This document shows, piece after piece, positions 1-8,843 of a stretch of DNA of 64,000 nucleotides (positions are counted from its first letter, which is position 1; every line of letters starts with the position of its first letter). Source of the stretch: Candidatus Sulfobium sp. (GTDB lineage: Bacteria; Nitrospirota; Thermodesulfovibrionia; Thermodesulfovibrionales; UBA6898); the NCBI GenBank assembly GCA_037380845.1, contig JARRRI010000007.1, positions 1 through 64,000 on the forward strand, written 5' to 3'. The position numbers and the translations under genes were made by a program. Under the pieces are notes generated by a model that searched no databases, was not told the DNA's origin, and saw nothing but the letters and a program-made list of their open reading frames with translations.

Positions 1-2
1 TC

Positions 3-2714
3 CAGAGGTTGCCCGTCTATTTCAATGAGGTGGGCGCTACGGGAAGAATAAGGGATTATACGACCGAGATAGACTCCTGGGGCAACGACACGGTGCTTTA
101 TTTCCTCAGGAAGCAGGTCCACGTCAATGCAAGCAACTATAATATCCGCCTCATTGTGAAGATCATGGAATGCTGGGCCGGTGAAGACACCGGTCACCTC
201 GAGGGGTCGGTGCCGGAGGACGTGGTCCGGAAACTTGATGCCCGCCTCCTCTCGCAGTACGCCTCTGCGGTCCGCCCCCTTTTTGAGTCTCTCGGCCTGC
301 TGGAAGAAGGGAGGTTGCAACCCGAGAGGCTTCGCGGTATCAAAGAGGTGGAACTCCGCCGGGCACTGGAAGAAGTCGAAACAACCGATGAGATACGGAC
401 AAAGATACTTCTGCTCTGCCGGATCTATCAGGAAGTGGTAAAAAAATACTCCCCGGCAGCCCCCGATGTTGAAGAAGATGACATATATGAAGACCTGCGG
501 CGGCACATCGAAAGGATGAAGGAACTGAAGGGCGTAATCGTTTCGACGGAAAAGACCAGACCGGAGGAGTCGCTCTACTTCAAGAGGCACATAGCCTTCG
601 GTATTCCTTCTGTTATGGGCTCATATCACGAACCCAAGTTCAATGCCATGGGGGAACTTCTGAGGAATGAGGAAAGGGTCCGCGTCGTATTCGAAAAGAT
701 CTCTGCGGCGATACGGAAGAAGAAGGAAGATTCCCGGTATCAGGATCTGGACCGGTGGATTGCGAGTCTCTCCGCGATGAACGACCTGTTCCATCTCCTC
801 GGTCTCGGCAACTTCCAGGTGGACGAACTGGTCACGATTTTCCGGACGAACAGGCTGCACACATCCCAGATTGCCGACATGCTCAAGCTGTGGCGGAAGG
901 AACTCACCTGGATCGTGGAATCCTTTCAGCGTACCTTTTACACCCCCCTCACCAGGGTCCTGGAAGTCCTGCCTCAGGAGGACCTGTCCGGACGCCTCCA
1001 TGGCATCGATCGCTCATCGAAAGATTTCGCCGGCAAGGCGGCCGACATAATCATCAGGGATATCCTGGGCAGCCTTGTCGGTCCCGTCGAACTGGACAAT
1101 GTCCTCGATAACCTTATTGCTTTCCTCAGTGCCCCGGCGAAAGTCGACCGGATATTCAGTCCCGCAGGAGCGGTCCGGACCGAAAAGGAGTTTCTTCCCC
1201 TTGACGAAGCGGGAGAAGGCGAGGCCATGAGACTGGGGCCCCTGATAGGGACGAAGGCAAAGAACCTCGTTTACCTTAAGAACAGGGGACTTCCGGTACC
1301 GTCCGGGGTGGTTTTTCCCTCAAGAGGTGCCGACAATTACGGGAAGTATACGGAAACCCCCGGCTTCGCATCGGCCCTCCGGAGGGCGGTGAAAAAGATA
1401 GAAGAGACGACCGGGGCCTCTTTCGGGGGTGAGGAAAAACCGCTTTTCCTGTCCGTCAGAAGCGGTTCGTATATATCGATGCCGGGCATCCTCTCCTCCG
1501 TATTATACTGCGGTATGAACAGTAAGACGCTCAAGGCCTTTATAACCGTCACAGGCGAGCCCTGGACCGCCTGGGATTCCTACAGACGGTTTCTGTTTCA
1601 TTACGGGACAGTCGTCCATGGCGTGGATGCAAAGGTGTTTGAAGATATCGCCGACCATTTTCTTCAGGAAAGCGGACTTGAAAACAGCGAAGACCTTGAT
1701 GCCGGCGCGATGGAAAAACTTGCCGGCCTTTATCTGGGGGAACTGAAGACAAGAGGTTTGCAGGTCCCGGGAAATGTCTATGACCAGCTGAAGGAGGCGG
1801 TTAAAGCTGTTTACCGGTCGTGGCATTCCGGGAAGGCCGTTCAGTTCAGGAAAGCGCTGAGGGTCTCCGAGCACTGGGGAACTTCTGTAACGCTGATGCA
1901 TATGGTACCCGGAAACGGAAGAGGAGCGGGCGCCTCGGTTTTTTTCACCAGGGACCCGTCTACCTTCGAAAGAGGTGTCTTCGGAGACACGCGGGAGAGG
2001 GCGACCGGGGATGATCTTGTATACGGGCGGCTCGTCAACCGCCCTCTCGCTAAAAGGCAGGCACTGGAAGGGCAGAAGAGTCTCGAGGAAGGCGATCCTG
2101 AACTGTACCGTCTCCACCGGGACCTGGCACGGCGCGTCGAGGAGGCGATGGGGGAACTGCCACAGGAGGTTGAGGCCACTTATGTGAGAAGACCTGACGG
2201 GAAAAGGCTCATACACGTACTCCAGACGCGCCGCATGGAGTCCCACAGGGGCTTCACAAGAAGTTTCAGTGACGTCTGCAGGATGGAGGAATCCATAATC
2301 GGGAGGGGGGCCGGCGTCCACGGAGGTGCCCTCAGCGGCCTCGCCACCTTTACTTCCTCACCTGATCAAATAAGAGAAATGCGGAGGGAGCAGAATATGC
2401 CGGTCGTCCTCTTGAGGAAGACTACAAGTACCGACGATGTCACCCTTATGCCCGGGATCGACGGGATTCTCACCTCCGCCGGCGGGGCGACGTCCCATGC
2501 CTCCATCCTCGCGCAGAAGTTCGACCTGGCGGCGGTCGTGGGCTGTTCTGACATGGCCATTGAAACGGATGAACGGGGTGAATTCTACGCAAGGATCGGT
2601 GGTTACACCGTGACTGAAGGATCTGTGATAAGCATCGACGGGTCGACGGGGCTGGTTTACTCCGGCACGTGCTTTCTTACCGGCGGGGGAGATTCCCCTC
2701 CGGACCTTGCCTAA
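3..2714 (+). CDS. PPDK-like dikinase (5'-truncated by the window): large helical N-terminal region, ATP-grasp domain and phosphohistidine swivel domain, with no C-terminal PEP/pyruvate TIM barrel
   Basis: Frame is open from the window edge. PPDK motifs GTKAKNL, LSVRSGSYISMPG and WDSYRRF; His-domain GGATSHASILA; the protein ends just after ISIDGSTGLVYSG. Confidence 0.85.
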   Translation, partial: QRLPVYFNEVGATGRIRDYTTEIDSWGNDTVLYFLRKQVHVNASNYNIRLIVKIMECWAGEDTGHLEGSVPEDVVRKLDARLLSQYASAVRPLFESLGLLEEGRLQPERLRGIKEVELRRALEEVETTDEIRTKILLLCRIYQEVVKKYSPAAPDVEEDDIYEDLRRHIERMKELKGVIVSTEKTRPEESLYFKRHIAFGIPSVMGSYHEPKFNAMGELLRNEERVRVVFEKISAAIRKKKEDSRYQDLDRWIASLSAMNDLFHLLGLGNFQVDELVTIFRTNRLHTSQIADMLKLWRKELTWIVESFQRTFYTPLTRVLEVLPQEDLSGRLHGIDRSSKDFAGKAADIIIRDILGSLVGPVELDNVLDNLIAFLSAPAKVDRIFSPAGAVRTEKEFLPLDEAGEGEAMRLGPLIGTKAKNLVYLKNRGLPVPSGVVFPSRGADNYGKYTETPGFASALRRAVKKIEETTGASFGGEEKPLFLSVRSGSYISMPGILSSVLYCGMNSKTLKAFITVTGEPWTAWDSYRRFLFHYGTVVHGVDAKVFEDIADHFLQESGLENSEDLDAGAMEKLAGLYLGELKTRGLQVPGNVYDQLKEAVKAVYRSWHSGKAVQFRKALRVSEHWGTSVTLMHMVPGNGRGAGASVFFTRDPSTFERGVFGDTRERATGDDLVYGRLVNRPLAKRQALEGQKSLEEGDPELYRLHRDLARRVEEAMGELPQEVEATYVRRPDGKRLIHVLQTRRMESHRGFTRSFSDVCRMEESIIGRGAGVHGGALSGLATFTSSPDQIREMRREQNMPVVLLRKTTSTDDVTLMPGIDGILTSAGGATSHASILAQKFDLAAVVGCSDMAIETDERGEFYARIGGYTVTEGSVISIDGSTGLVYSGTCFLTGGGDSPPDLA

Positions 2715-2782
2715 TCGGCCTCAAAAACGGTAAACTATGCAAACATTTGTTCTCAAGCCGTGGGGGAAGTCTGCAACAAATC

Positions 2783-4426
2783 ATGCTGAAAAAGAAATTC
2801 CAAAGGCTCTTAAGTAAAGGCCTGCTGACGGAAGATGAACTGGACCGTATCGTAGAGGCGTCCGTTTCTTCCGGAAAATACCCGGAGGAACTTCTTCTCG
2901 AAAAAGGGGTCCCCAGGCACGAGGTCCTTTTTTGCCTCTCCGAATATTACGACTGCCCTTTTGCGGAATACGATGAAGGCCTCATGGCCCCCTACCTGGT
3001 TACCATGAGGCTGCAACTCGAAAAACACAGGCGCGAACTCTGGTTCCCACTGGCTGTAAGAGAGGACTCCGCGGAGGTCGTTGCATATAATCCCGGCGCC
3101 GCCGAAGTAATCGAAGACATCAGAAATACCCTTGGAGTAGAAGAAGTCAATTTCCGCGTCGCCCTCCCCGCCGATATTACCCGCATTGTCGAGAACAACT
3201 TCGATGTCAACCCCGGCTTCCCCTTCGGCGGTGGAAGGACCCCCCTTGCCCTCGTAAGGGTGTTCCTTGCCTACAGACGCTCCACCTTCGCACATTACAG
3301 GACGCTTTTTGCAAAGGGACGGACGGGCCTGGCCTTTGTCCGGACCGGTCTGGCCTTCATCGCGATTTCACTTACCTTTCTGAGGGTCTTCGGCACTGGT
3401 CTCTGGTCAGTGCTGGAAGTGCCGTTCATCCTGGCCGGTCTGGTAATGATCTTTGACGGCACCAGATGGTATATCCCTTCTCGGGCCGTCGGCCGTAACC
3501 CCATGGACAACTCTTCGACGGAGCCGACGGGAGGGACGAGCATGCTTACGGTTTCGATTGAGAAAGGCCACCCCGTTTTCAGGAGGACCGGAATAGTGGA
3601 GGGGGCCGAGAAATTGAGGGCCGGCTGGGACTGCCTTTCGCCGGTCATGAGACGAAGGTTCATCGCCTGCGACAGGTCTGACTTTGCCGAGGAAAGGACC
3701 GCTCTGGCAGGCCACAGGACGGTGCTCGCAAAGGCCAGGACCGGCCTTGCATTTACGCGGACCGGCATAGCCTTCGCCGGAATAGGGATAGGGTTGATCA
3801 GGCATTTTCACGCCAGCGGCTGGACCATATTCGACCTGGCCCTGATAGCCGCCGGCGTATTGATGTCGGCGGAAGGCTTTTACTGGTATTTCGGAGGACG
3901 CCGGGCCGGGATAGAGAGCTTCAGGGCCGTCCGCCGCATGAACATGAAGGAAAGCATATGGGATTTTGTAATTCCACTGCGTCACAAGCGGACAGGTCCG
4001 AGGAAAGGCAGCGCCTGCCCTCCCGTACTCGCCTCGCATCTTCCGGGGATCTGGGCCACCACAGGCCTTGCTTTGGAGAGGACCGTGCTTGCAGAAAGGC
4101 GTTGCGTGATGGCCCGTCTGAGGACCATCATGGCCAGGGCCAGGACCGGTCTGGCCTTTATAAGGACGGGCATCAGTATTACGGCCGTAGGCGCCGGCCT
4201 CATGGTTTTTTTCGGCACATCCGCTGCCGGCTGGACGATATTCAATACAGTACTTATAGTCGGAGGGATTACGCTGGTCGCCGACGGCTTCTATTGGGCG
4301 GTCCCCGCCGAGAATATCAGGGCACAGTACCCGTATTGTTACGGCGACATGGAGATAACCGTCCCTGATTATGGCAGGCCGGCGCGCCGGTGGGGAAAGG
4401 CTGTTTTCAGTCATGACGATATCTGA
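2783..4426 (+). CDS. MshEN/GspE-N-like domain fused to three DUF202 (YidH/Vtc1-like) membrane units
   Basis: N-terminus LLSKGLLTEDEL...EELLLEKG...LSEYYDCPF...WFPL...VVAYNP resembles T2SSE_N. Three R-T-x-L-A-x-x heptad ladders end in RTGLAFxRTG, each followed by two hydrophobic helices. ATG 2783 chosen as start. Confidence 0.75.
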   Translation: MLKKKFQRLLSKGLLTEDELDRIVEASVSSGKYPEELLLEKGVPRHEVLFCLSEYYDCPFAEYDEGLMAPYLVTMRLQLEKHRRELWFPLAVREDSAEVVAYNPGAAEVIEDIRNTLGVEEVNFRVALPADITRIVENNFDVNPGFPFGGGRTPLALVRVFLAYRRSTFAHYRTLFAKGRTGLAFVRTGLAFIAISLTFLRVFGTGLWSVLEVPFILAGLVMIFDGTRWYIPSRAVGRNPMDNSSTEPTGGTSMLTVSIEKGHPVFRRTGIVEGAEKLRAGWDCLSPVMRRRFIACDRSDFAEERTALAGHRTVLAKARTGLAFTRTGIAFAGIGIGLIRHFHASGWTIFDLALIAAGVLMSAEGFYWYFGGRRAGIESFRAVRRMNMKESIWDFVIPLRHKRTGPRKGSACPPVLASHLPGIWATTGLALERTVLAERRCVMARLRTIMARARTGLAFIRTGISITAVGAGLMVFFGTSAAGWTIFNTVLIVGGITLVADGFYWAVPAENIRAQYPYCYGDMEITVPDYGRPARRWGKAVFSHDDI

Positions 4427-5657
4427 TCTGGAGAAAGGTTTGGAATTCGAGGTATTAGCGGAATGGGGGGCAGTCAGCCGGGATCGCCTGCGTGAGGCGG
4501 AATACGCATCCCGCGCCAGGGGCGTCAGCCTGGAGAGGATACTGCTGTCCGATTACGGGATCCCCAAATATCTTCTCGTTCAGGCCCTTTCGAAGCATTA
4601 CGACTGTCCCGCCATCGAATACGACGAACGACTTCCGATCCCTCCCGAACTTCTGGAGGATCTTGACGCAGAGGTACTTTCAGGAAGCCTCTGGATGCCG
4701 GTGATAAGATGCGAGGACGGGACGGTGGTGATCGCTGCAAACGACCCTGAGAGCCCGACGGTGAGGGAGGAAGCCGGAAGATACCTCAATGCCCCGAATT
4801 ATGAATTCAGGGTCGCCCTGGAGGAGGATATACGCTGGTTTATCCAGGACTTCCTTCATGCCAGGCCCGGCCTGCTGATCGGCACGGAGAGGACCGGCCT
4901 CGCCTTCTGGCGGACCACCATGGCCCAATGGAGGACAAGACTCGCCTGCTACAGGACTGATCTGGCGAAGGCGCGGACGGGGCTTGCCTTCCTGCGCTGG
5001 GGACTCGGTACGGTGGCGATAGCCAACACCTTGCTAAAAAACAGAAACGTCAGCTCTTCGCCCTATTTCTATGTGGCGATCCTGGTCTTCGGTCTCGCCC
5101 TTTGTTCATACGGACTGCCGGTCTATCTGAAGGTGAGAAAATCGAGGATAAGTCCCCCCGGCAACCAGACCATCGTGGAAGTCACGGCCGCCACCCTGAT
5201 CTTCCTCGAAAACTATCATTTCATCGAAGACACCGGCGTCCGGCCGGAAACGAAGGGGACTATGCTCGCCCGGATGGAAACGAAGGGGACTATGCTCGCC
5301 CGGATGAGCGATTTTCTTGCCGACCACTGTACTGTACTCGCTCCCTCGCCTTCAAGCAAGGTCCGGACGATGTTTGCGCGGGAGAGGAATGTACTGGCGG
5401 CCCAGAGGACAATCGCGGCCTGCTACCGCACGATATACGCCCGCGCCAGAACAGGACTGGCCTTCATGCGCACCGGTTTTTCGTTCCTCAGCATAGGCCT
5501 CGGTCTGCTGGTCTATTTCGGCATCGGGCTTTTTACCGCCATCGACATCCTCCTGGTTCTGGCGGGGCTTTTGATGTTCGTCGACGGCATCCTGTGGTAT
5601 ATGCCGGTCAGAAAAGAGCAGGCCGAAATCCCCAGAAGCATCGCCTACCCCGACTGA
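4413..5657 (+). CDS. MshEN/GspE-N-like domain fused to two DUF202 membrane units; paralog of the upstream gene
   Basis: LAEWGAVSRDRL...ERILLSDYG...ALSKHYDCPAI...WMPV...IAANDP; two ladders ending RTGLAFLRWG and RTGLAFMRTG; overlaps the upstream gene by 14 nt. Confidence 0.75.
   Translation: MTISDLEKGLEFEVLAEWGAVSRDRLREAEYASRARGVSLERILLSDYGIPKYLLVQALSKHYDCPAIEYDERLPIPPELLEDLDAEVLSGSLWMPVIRCEDGTVVIAANDPESPTVREEAGRYLNAPNYEFRVALEEDIRWFIQDFLHARPGLLIGTERTGLAFWRTTMAQWRTRLACYRTDLAKARTGLAFLRWGLGTVAIANTLLKNRNVSSSPYFYVAILVFGLALCSYGLPVYLKVRKSRISPPGNQTIVEVTAATLIFLENYHFIEDTGVRPETKGTMLARMETKGTMLARMSDFLADHCTVLAPSPSSKVRTMFARERNVLAAQRTIAACYRTIYARARTGLAFMRTGFSFLSIGLGLLVYFGIGLFTAIDILLVLAGLLMFVDGILWYMPVRKEQAEIPRSIAYPD
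5246..5305 (+). repeat. Exact in-frame 30-bp tandem duplication (ETKGTMLARM x2)
   Basis: GGAAACGAAGGGGACTATGCTCGCCCGGAT at 5246-5275 and 5276-5305. Confidence 0.95.
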
Positions 5658-5712
5658 CTTCATAATGTCTTCATAATTTCTTCATAATCTTTTCATAATT
5701 TCTTCACAATAC
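5658..5712 (+). promoter_or_regulatory. Five 11-bp direct repeats; Pho-box/OmpR-family-like operator upstream of a -10-like element
   Basis: CTTCATAATGT CTTCATAATTT CTTCATAATCT TTTCATAATTT CTTCACAATAC, followed by TAATAT at 5720-5725. Confidence 0.65.
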
Positions 5713-5769
5713 CGTTGGATAATATAGAAACATCGCAATAAAACGGAGAAAGGAGAGGAGGGGAGTACT

Positions 5770-5874
5770 TTGAACTCGAATCTGGATTTAAGTGAGTATC
5801 GACCGGGGAAGACAGGGCCGCCCATAAAAAGCATTTCTGTCCGGGCCATCAGCAAGACCGGACAACCCGCCTGA
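5770..5874 (+). CDS. Putative 34-aa small protein or leader peptide
   Basis: TTG start after a strong SD-like GGAGAGGAGGGGAG; MNSNLDLSEYRPGKTGPPIKSISVRAISKTGQPA*. Confidence 0.3.
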   Translation: MNSNLDLSEYRPGKTGPPIKSISVRAISKTGQPA

Positions 5875-5954
5875 GCAGTTCGAAGTATTACAGTTAGACA
5901 AGAAATCCTGAAGCTACAGGTTCGTAAAAAAACAACGAAGGTAGGTATATACAT

Positions 5955-6854
5955 ATGCATCTCATAAGCTATTATCTGGAGGCCTTTTTGTGGGCCATTT
6001 TTGTGGGGTTCGTATACACCTCGACCGGCGGCGCCGGGGGAGTGCTGGCGGTCTTTGGGTTCATAACCATCATGCATGCCCCTGTCAACCCCACAAAACC
6101 GATGAGCCTGATACTGGTCATCATCGCCGCCCTGGTGGCGATCCCTACATACATGAAACAGGAAAGGGTCAGGAAAATAAAGAAGGTGATAATTTACGCC
6201 GCCCTGTCGCTGGCCTCGGGTGGCATGATAGGAGGGATCGTGGGCCCATGGCTGTCTACGACATACCTTGCCAACGCCAAATCTTTCAAGTACTACTTCG
6301 GCTACATGATTCTTATCGTGTCCATTTTAATGACCTATAAAATCCTGAAGCAGGCAATGAGGGAAAGACAGTTGAAAAAAGCCTCCGCGGGCCTGGCCTT
6401 TGAGGACGATCCGCCCGCCGGCGAACTGCTGACGAAGACCGGAACGTTCACGCTGAAAAGGATGGATTATACGATCCTGGGCGTCGACTACTCTTTTTCT
6501 CCCGTAGCACTTTTTTGTGCGGGCTTAACCATTATAACGGTAGCCACTTTCTTCGGTGTGGGAGGCGGATTTCTGATTTCTCCTTTTTTTATCGACATGG
6601 TGGGGTTCCCCGTATTCGTCGCGGCGGGGGCCAGCGTTTTGGCGGTAATGTTTTCGGCGGCGGTAGCGACTGCCAATTACATGAGGATGCATGTTCATCT
6701 TATAACGCCCTATCTTTCAGTCGAAGCCGCCGGCATGGTGGCCGGCTCAATACTGGGGCCGAAGCTCTCCCCGCGTATAAACGAAAAATGGTTAAAAACC
6801 TTGCTCATCGGCGTGCTCTTTTTCATAGGAGCGCTATATCTGCTCAGATCCTGA
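5955..6854 (+). CDS. TSUP (TauE/SafE) family anion transporter
   Basis: Two repeated glycine motifs (TGGAGGVL and FFGVGGGFLISP) and about 8 TM helices. Confidence 0.85.
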   Translation: MHLISYYLEAFLWAIFVGFVYTSTGGAGGVLAVFGFITIMHAPVNPTKPMSLILVIIAALVAIPTYMKQERVRKIKKVIIYAALSLASGGMIGGIVGPWLSTTYLANAKSFKYYFGYMILIVSILMTYKILKQAMRERQLKKASAGLAFEDDPPAGELLTKTGTFTLKRMDYTILGVDYSFSPVALFCAGLTIITVATFFGVGGGFLISPFFIDMVGFPVFVAAGASVLAVMFSAAVATANYMRMHVHLITPYLSVEAAGMVAGSILGPKLSPRINEKWLKTLLIGVLFFIGALYLLRS

Positions 6855-6982
6855 AGTACGGGTGGTGATTTCGTCTGTTTCGACCTTCGCGCGCTGATCG
6901 ATGGAGCGGCTCAATGGTAAAAGTATTGTAATGGTCTTTGATATTGGAACGTCAGTTGGGGTTGCAGCCGTTCAGGTGAAAA

Positions 6983-8776
6983 ATGGACGCCGTTAGTCTT
7001 GAGGCCGGCGAAGGGCAGACCGGCAGACTTTCCGGTCTCATCTCCTGGCTTGAATCTCATATACACGAGCACACGGCACTTATTATCCTTTCCGTTATTA
7101 TCGGGGTTCTGGCCGGCCTTGCCAACGCCTTTCTGCATTTCAGCATGGACTTCGTCCACCATATTTTTTTCACACGGCTGGGGGGCTTTCTTTCACTCGA
7201 GCACGGAGGAATATACAAGGTATTACTGCCCCTTCTTCCCATCGGCGGCGCGCTCCTGCTGATACCGCTGTCGCTTGCCTTTCCCGGCGAGATAAACGGC
7301 TACGGTTTCCCGAATTTCATCGAAAAGGTGAACTTAAAAGGCGGCTTTCTCAAGCTGAGAAACATCCTGCTTAAGACCTTTTCCGTCGCCATCACCATAG
7401 GCAGCGGCGGGTCGGCCGGCGTGGAGGGACCGATAGCCGTAATCGGCGGCACCGTGGGCTCCGGGATAGGGCAGTATTTCAGGGCCTCCGGCAAAAGGCT
7501 GAAGCTCCTTATAGCGGCGGGCTCCGGCGCGGGAATAGCGGCGACTTTCAACGCCCCCATCGCGGGTGTAATGTTCGCCATGGAGATAGTGCTGCTGGGC
7601 GATTATGAGATGTCCTCCTTTGCCGCTATCGTCATAGCCGCAGCCATGGCCACGGTAGTAACGAGGGCTGTTTACGGCCCCAATCCGGCCTTCACGGTCC
7701 CGCAATACCACTTAAAGAGCATGGCGGAGCTGCCTCTCTATATGATATTCGGAGTCCTGATGGGATTTCTGGGCGTCTTGTATATCAAGGTCTTCCACGG
7801 CATCGCCGACAGATTCGAGAAGATTAAGATCCATCCCCAGATGAAGCCTGTGCTGGGGGGGTTGATAATAGGCCTGATCGCCATATTCCTTCCTCAGGTC
7901 ATGGGAAACGGCTACGACATCGTCAACCTGGCCCTGGTCGGCAAGATAACCTTCGTCATCGTCTTACTGCTCACCTTTTTCAAGATCGTGGCCACATCCA
8001 TAACCATCGGCTCCGGCGGTGCGGGCGGTGTCTTCGCCCCCTCGCTCTTCATAGGGGCCATGGCAGGGGATACTTACGGCTACATCGTCCACTGGCTCTT
8101 CCCCGGCTTCACCGCTTCTCCCGCGGCTTACGCGAGCGTCGGGATAGGCTCTTTCCTCGCCGCCGCGACGCATGCGCCGCTTACGGGGATCTTCCTCATG
8201 TTCGAGATGACCGGCGACTATCAGATCATAGTTCCGGTCATGCTGGCATCCGTAATCGGCACACTTGTGGCCAGGAGGCTCTTCCATGACTCCATCGATA
8301 CGGTCCCCCTTACCAGGAGGGGCATAAATTTACACGCGGGGCGTGAAGTAGGCATCATGAGCAGTATCAAGGTCAGGGATATCATGAGAAAGGACTTCGT
8401 AACGGCTCCTGAAGACTCCAGGCTGGACAAGCTCATAAACGAAATGATCAACAGGGAGAATTTCTATATTCCCGTACTTAACGCCGACGGACTGATGACG
8501 GGGATAGTCTCGTTCCACGACGTAAGGCTCATTGTGACGGAGGCGCGCGTAAGGGATGTTGTCCGGGCGAAGGAGATAGCCACTGAGGACGTGCTAGTCG
8601 TATTCCCGGACCAGGACCTCAATGCCGCTGTGGAGAAGTTCGCGCTGAAAGCAATAGACGAACTGCCGGTTGTGGAAAGAAGCGAACCCGGAAAGGTAAT
8701 CGGCATGATAAGCAGAAAAGATGTCTTCTCGGCTTACAATAAAGAAGTCCTGAAAAAAGCCGCATCGGCTGTCTGA
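6983..8776 (+). CDS. ClC family chloride channel/transporter with tandem CBS domains
   Basis: GSGGSAGVEGP, ATFNAPIAG, GGVFAP, HAPLTG, EMTGDY; C-terminal CBS pair starting VRDIM. Confidence 0.92.
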   Translation: MDAVSLEAGEGQTGRLSGLISWLESHIHEHTALIILSVIIGVLAGLANAFLHFSMDFVHHIFFTRLGGFLSLEHGGIYKVLLPLLPIGGALLLIPLSLAFPGEINGYGFPNFIEKVNLKGGFLKLRNILLKTFSVAITIGSGGSAGVEGPIAVIGGTVGSGIGQYFRASGKRLKLLIAAGSGAGIAATFNAPIAGVMFAMEIVLLGDYEMSSFAAIVIAAAMATVVTRAVYGPNPAFTVPQYHLKSMAELPLYMIFGVLMGFLGVLYIKVFHGIADRFEKIKIHPQMKPVLGGLIIGLIAIFLPQVMGNGYDIVNLALVGKITFVIVLLLTFFKIVATSITIGSGGAGGVFAPSLFIGAMAGDTYGYIVHWLFPGFTASPAAYASVGIGSFLAAATHAPLTGIFLMFEMTGDYQIIVPVMLASVIGTLVARRLFHDSIDTVPLTRRGINLHAGREVGIMSSIKVRDIMRKDFVTAPEDSRLDKLINEMINRENFYIPVLNADGLMTGIVSFHDVRLIVTEARVRDVVRAKEIATEDVLVVFPDQDLNAAVEKFALKAIDELPVVERSEPGKVIGMISRKDVFSAYNKEVLKKAASAV

Positions 8777-8808
8777 TCCGGCGTCGATTCCCCGCAAAGC
8801 CGTAAACG

Positions 8809-8843
8809 GACCTCGAAGATGGTAATCCGCGGGGTCTTTTTTT
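8809..8843 (+). terminator. Possible intrinsic terminator after the ClC gene
   Basis: GACCTCG...CGGGGTC stem (one G-U pair, long loop) followed by T7, between convergent genes. Confidence 0.4.

Noticed and set aside
2783..5657. GspE/PilB secretion ATPases, or canonical c-di-GMP receptors
   Set aside because: There are no Walker motifs or T2SS/T4P neighbours, and the MshEN RLG motifs are degenerate, so c-di-GMP binding is not supported.
5658..5712. CRISPR array or replication iterons
   Set aside because: The 11-bp units have no spacers, and there are no cas or rep genes.
6855..6982. Fluoride riboswitch upstream of the ClC gene (GATGGAG present)
   Set aside because: The pseudoknot partner and downstream conserved segment are not found in the right order, and the protein lacks CLC-F motifs.
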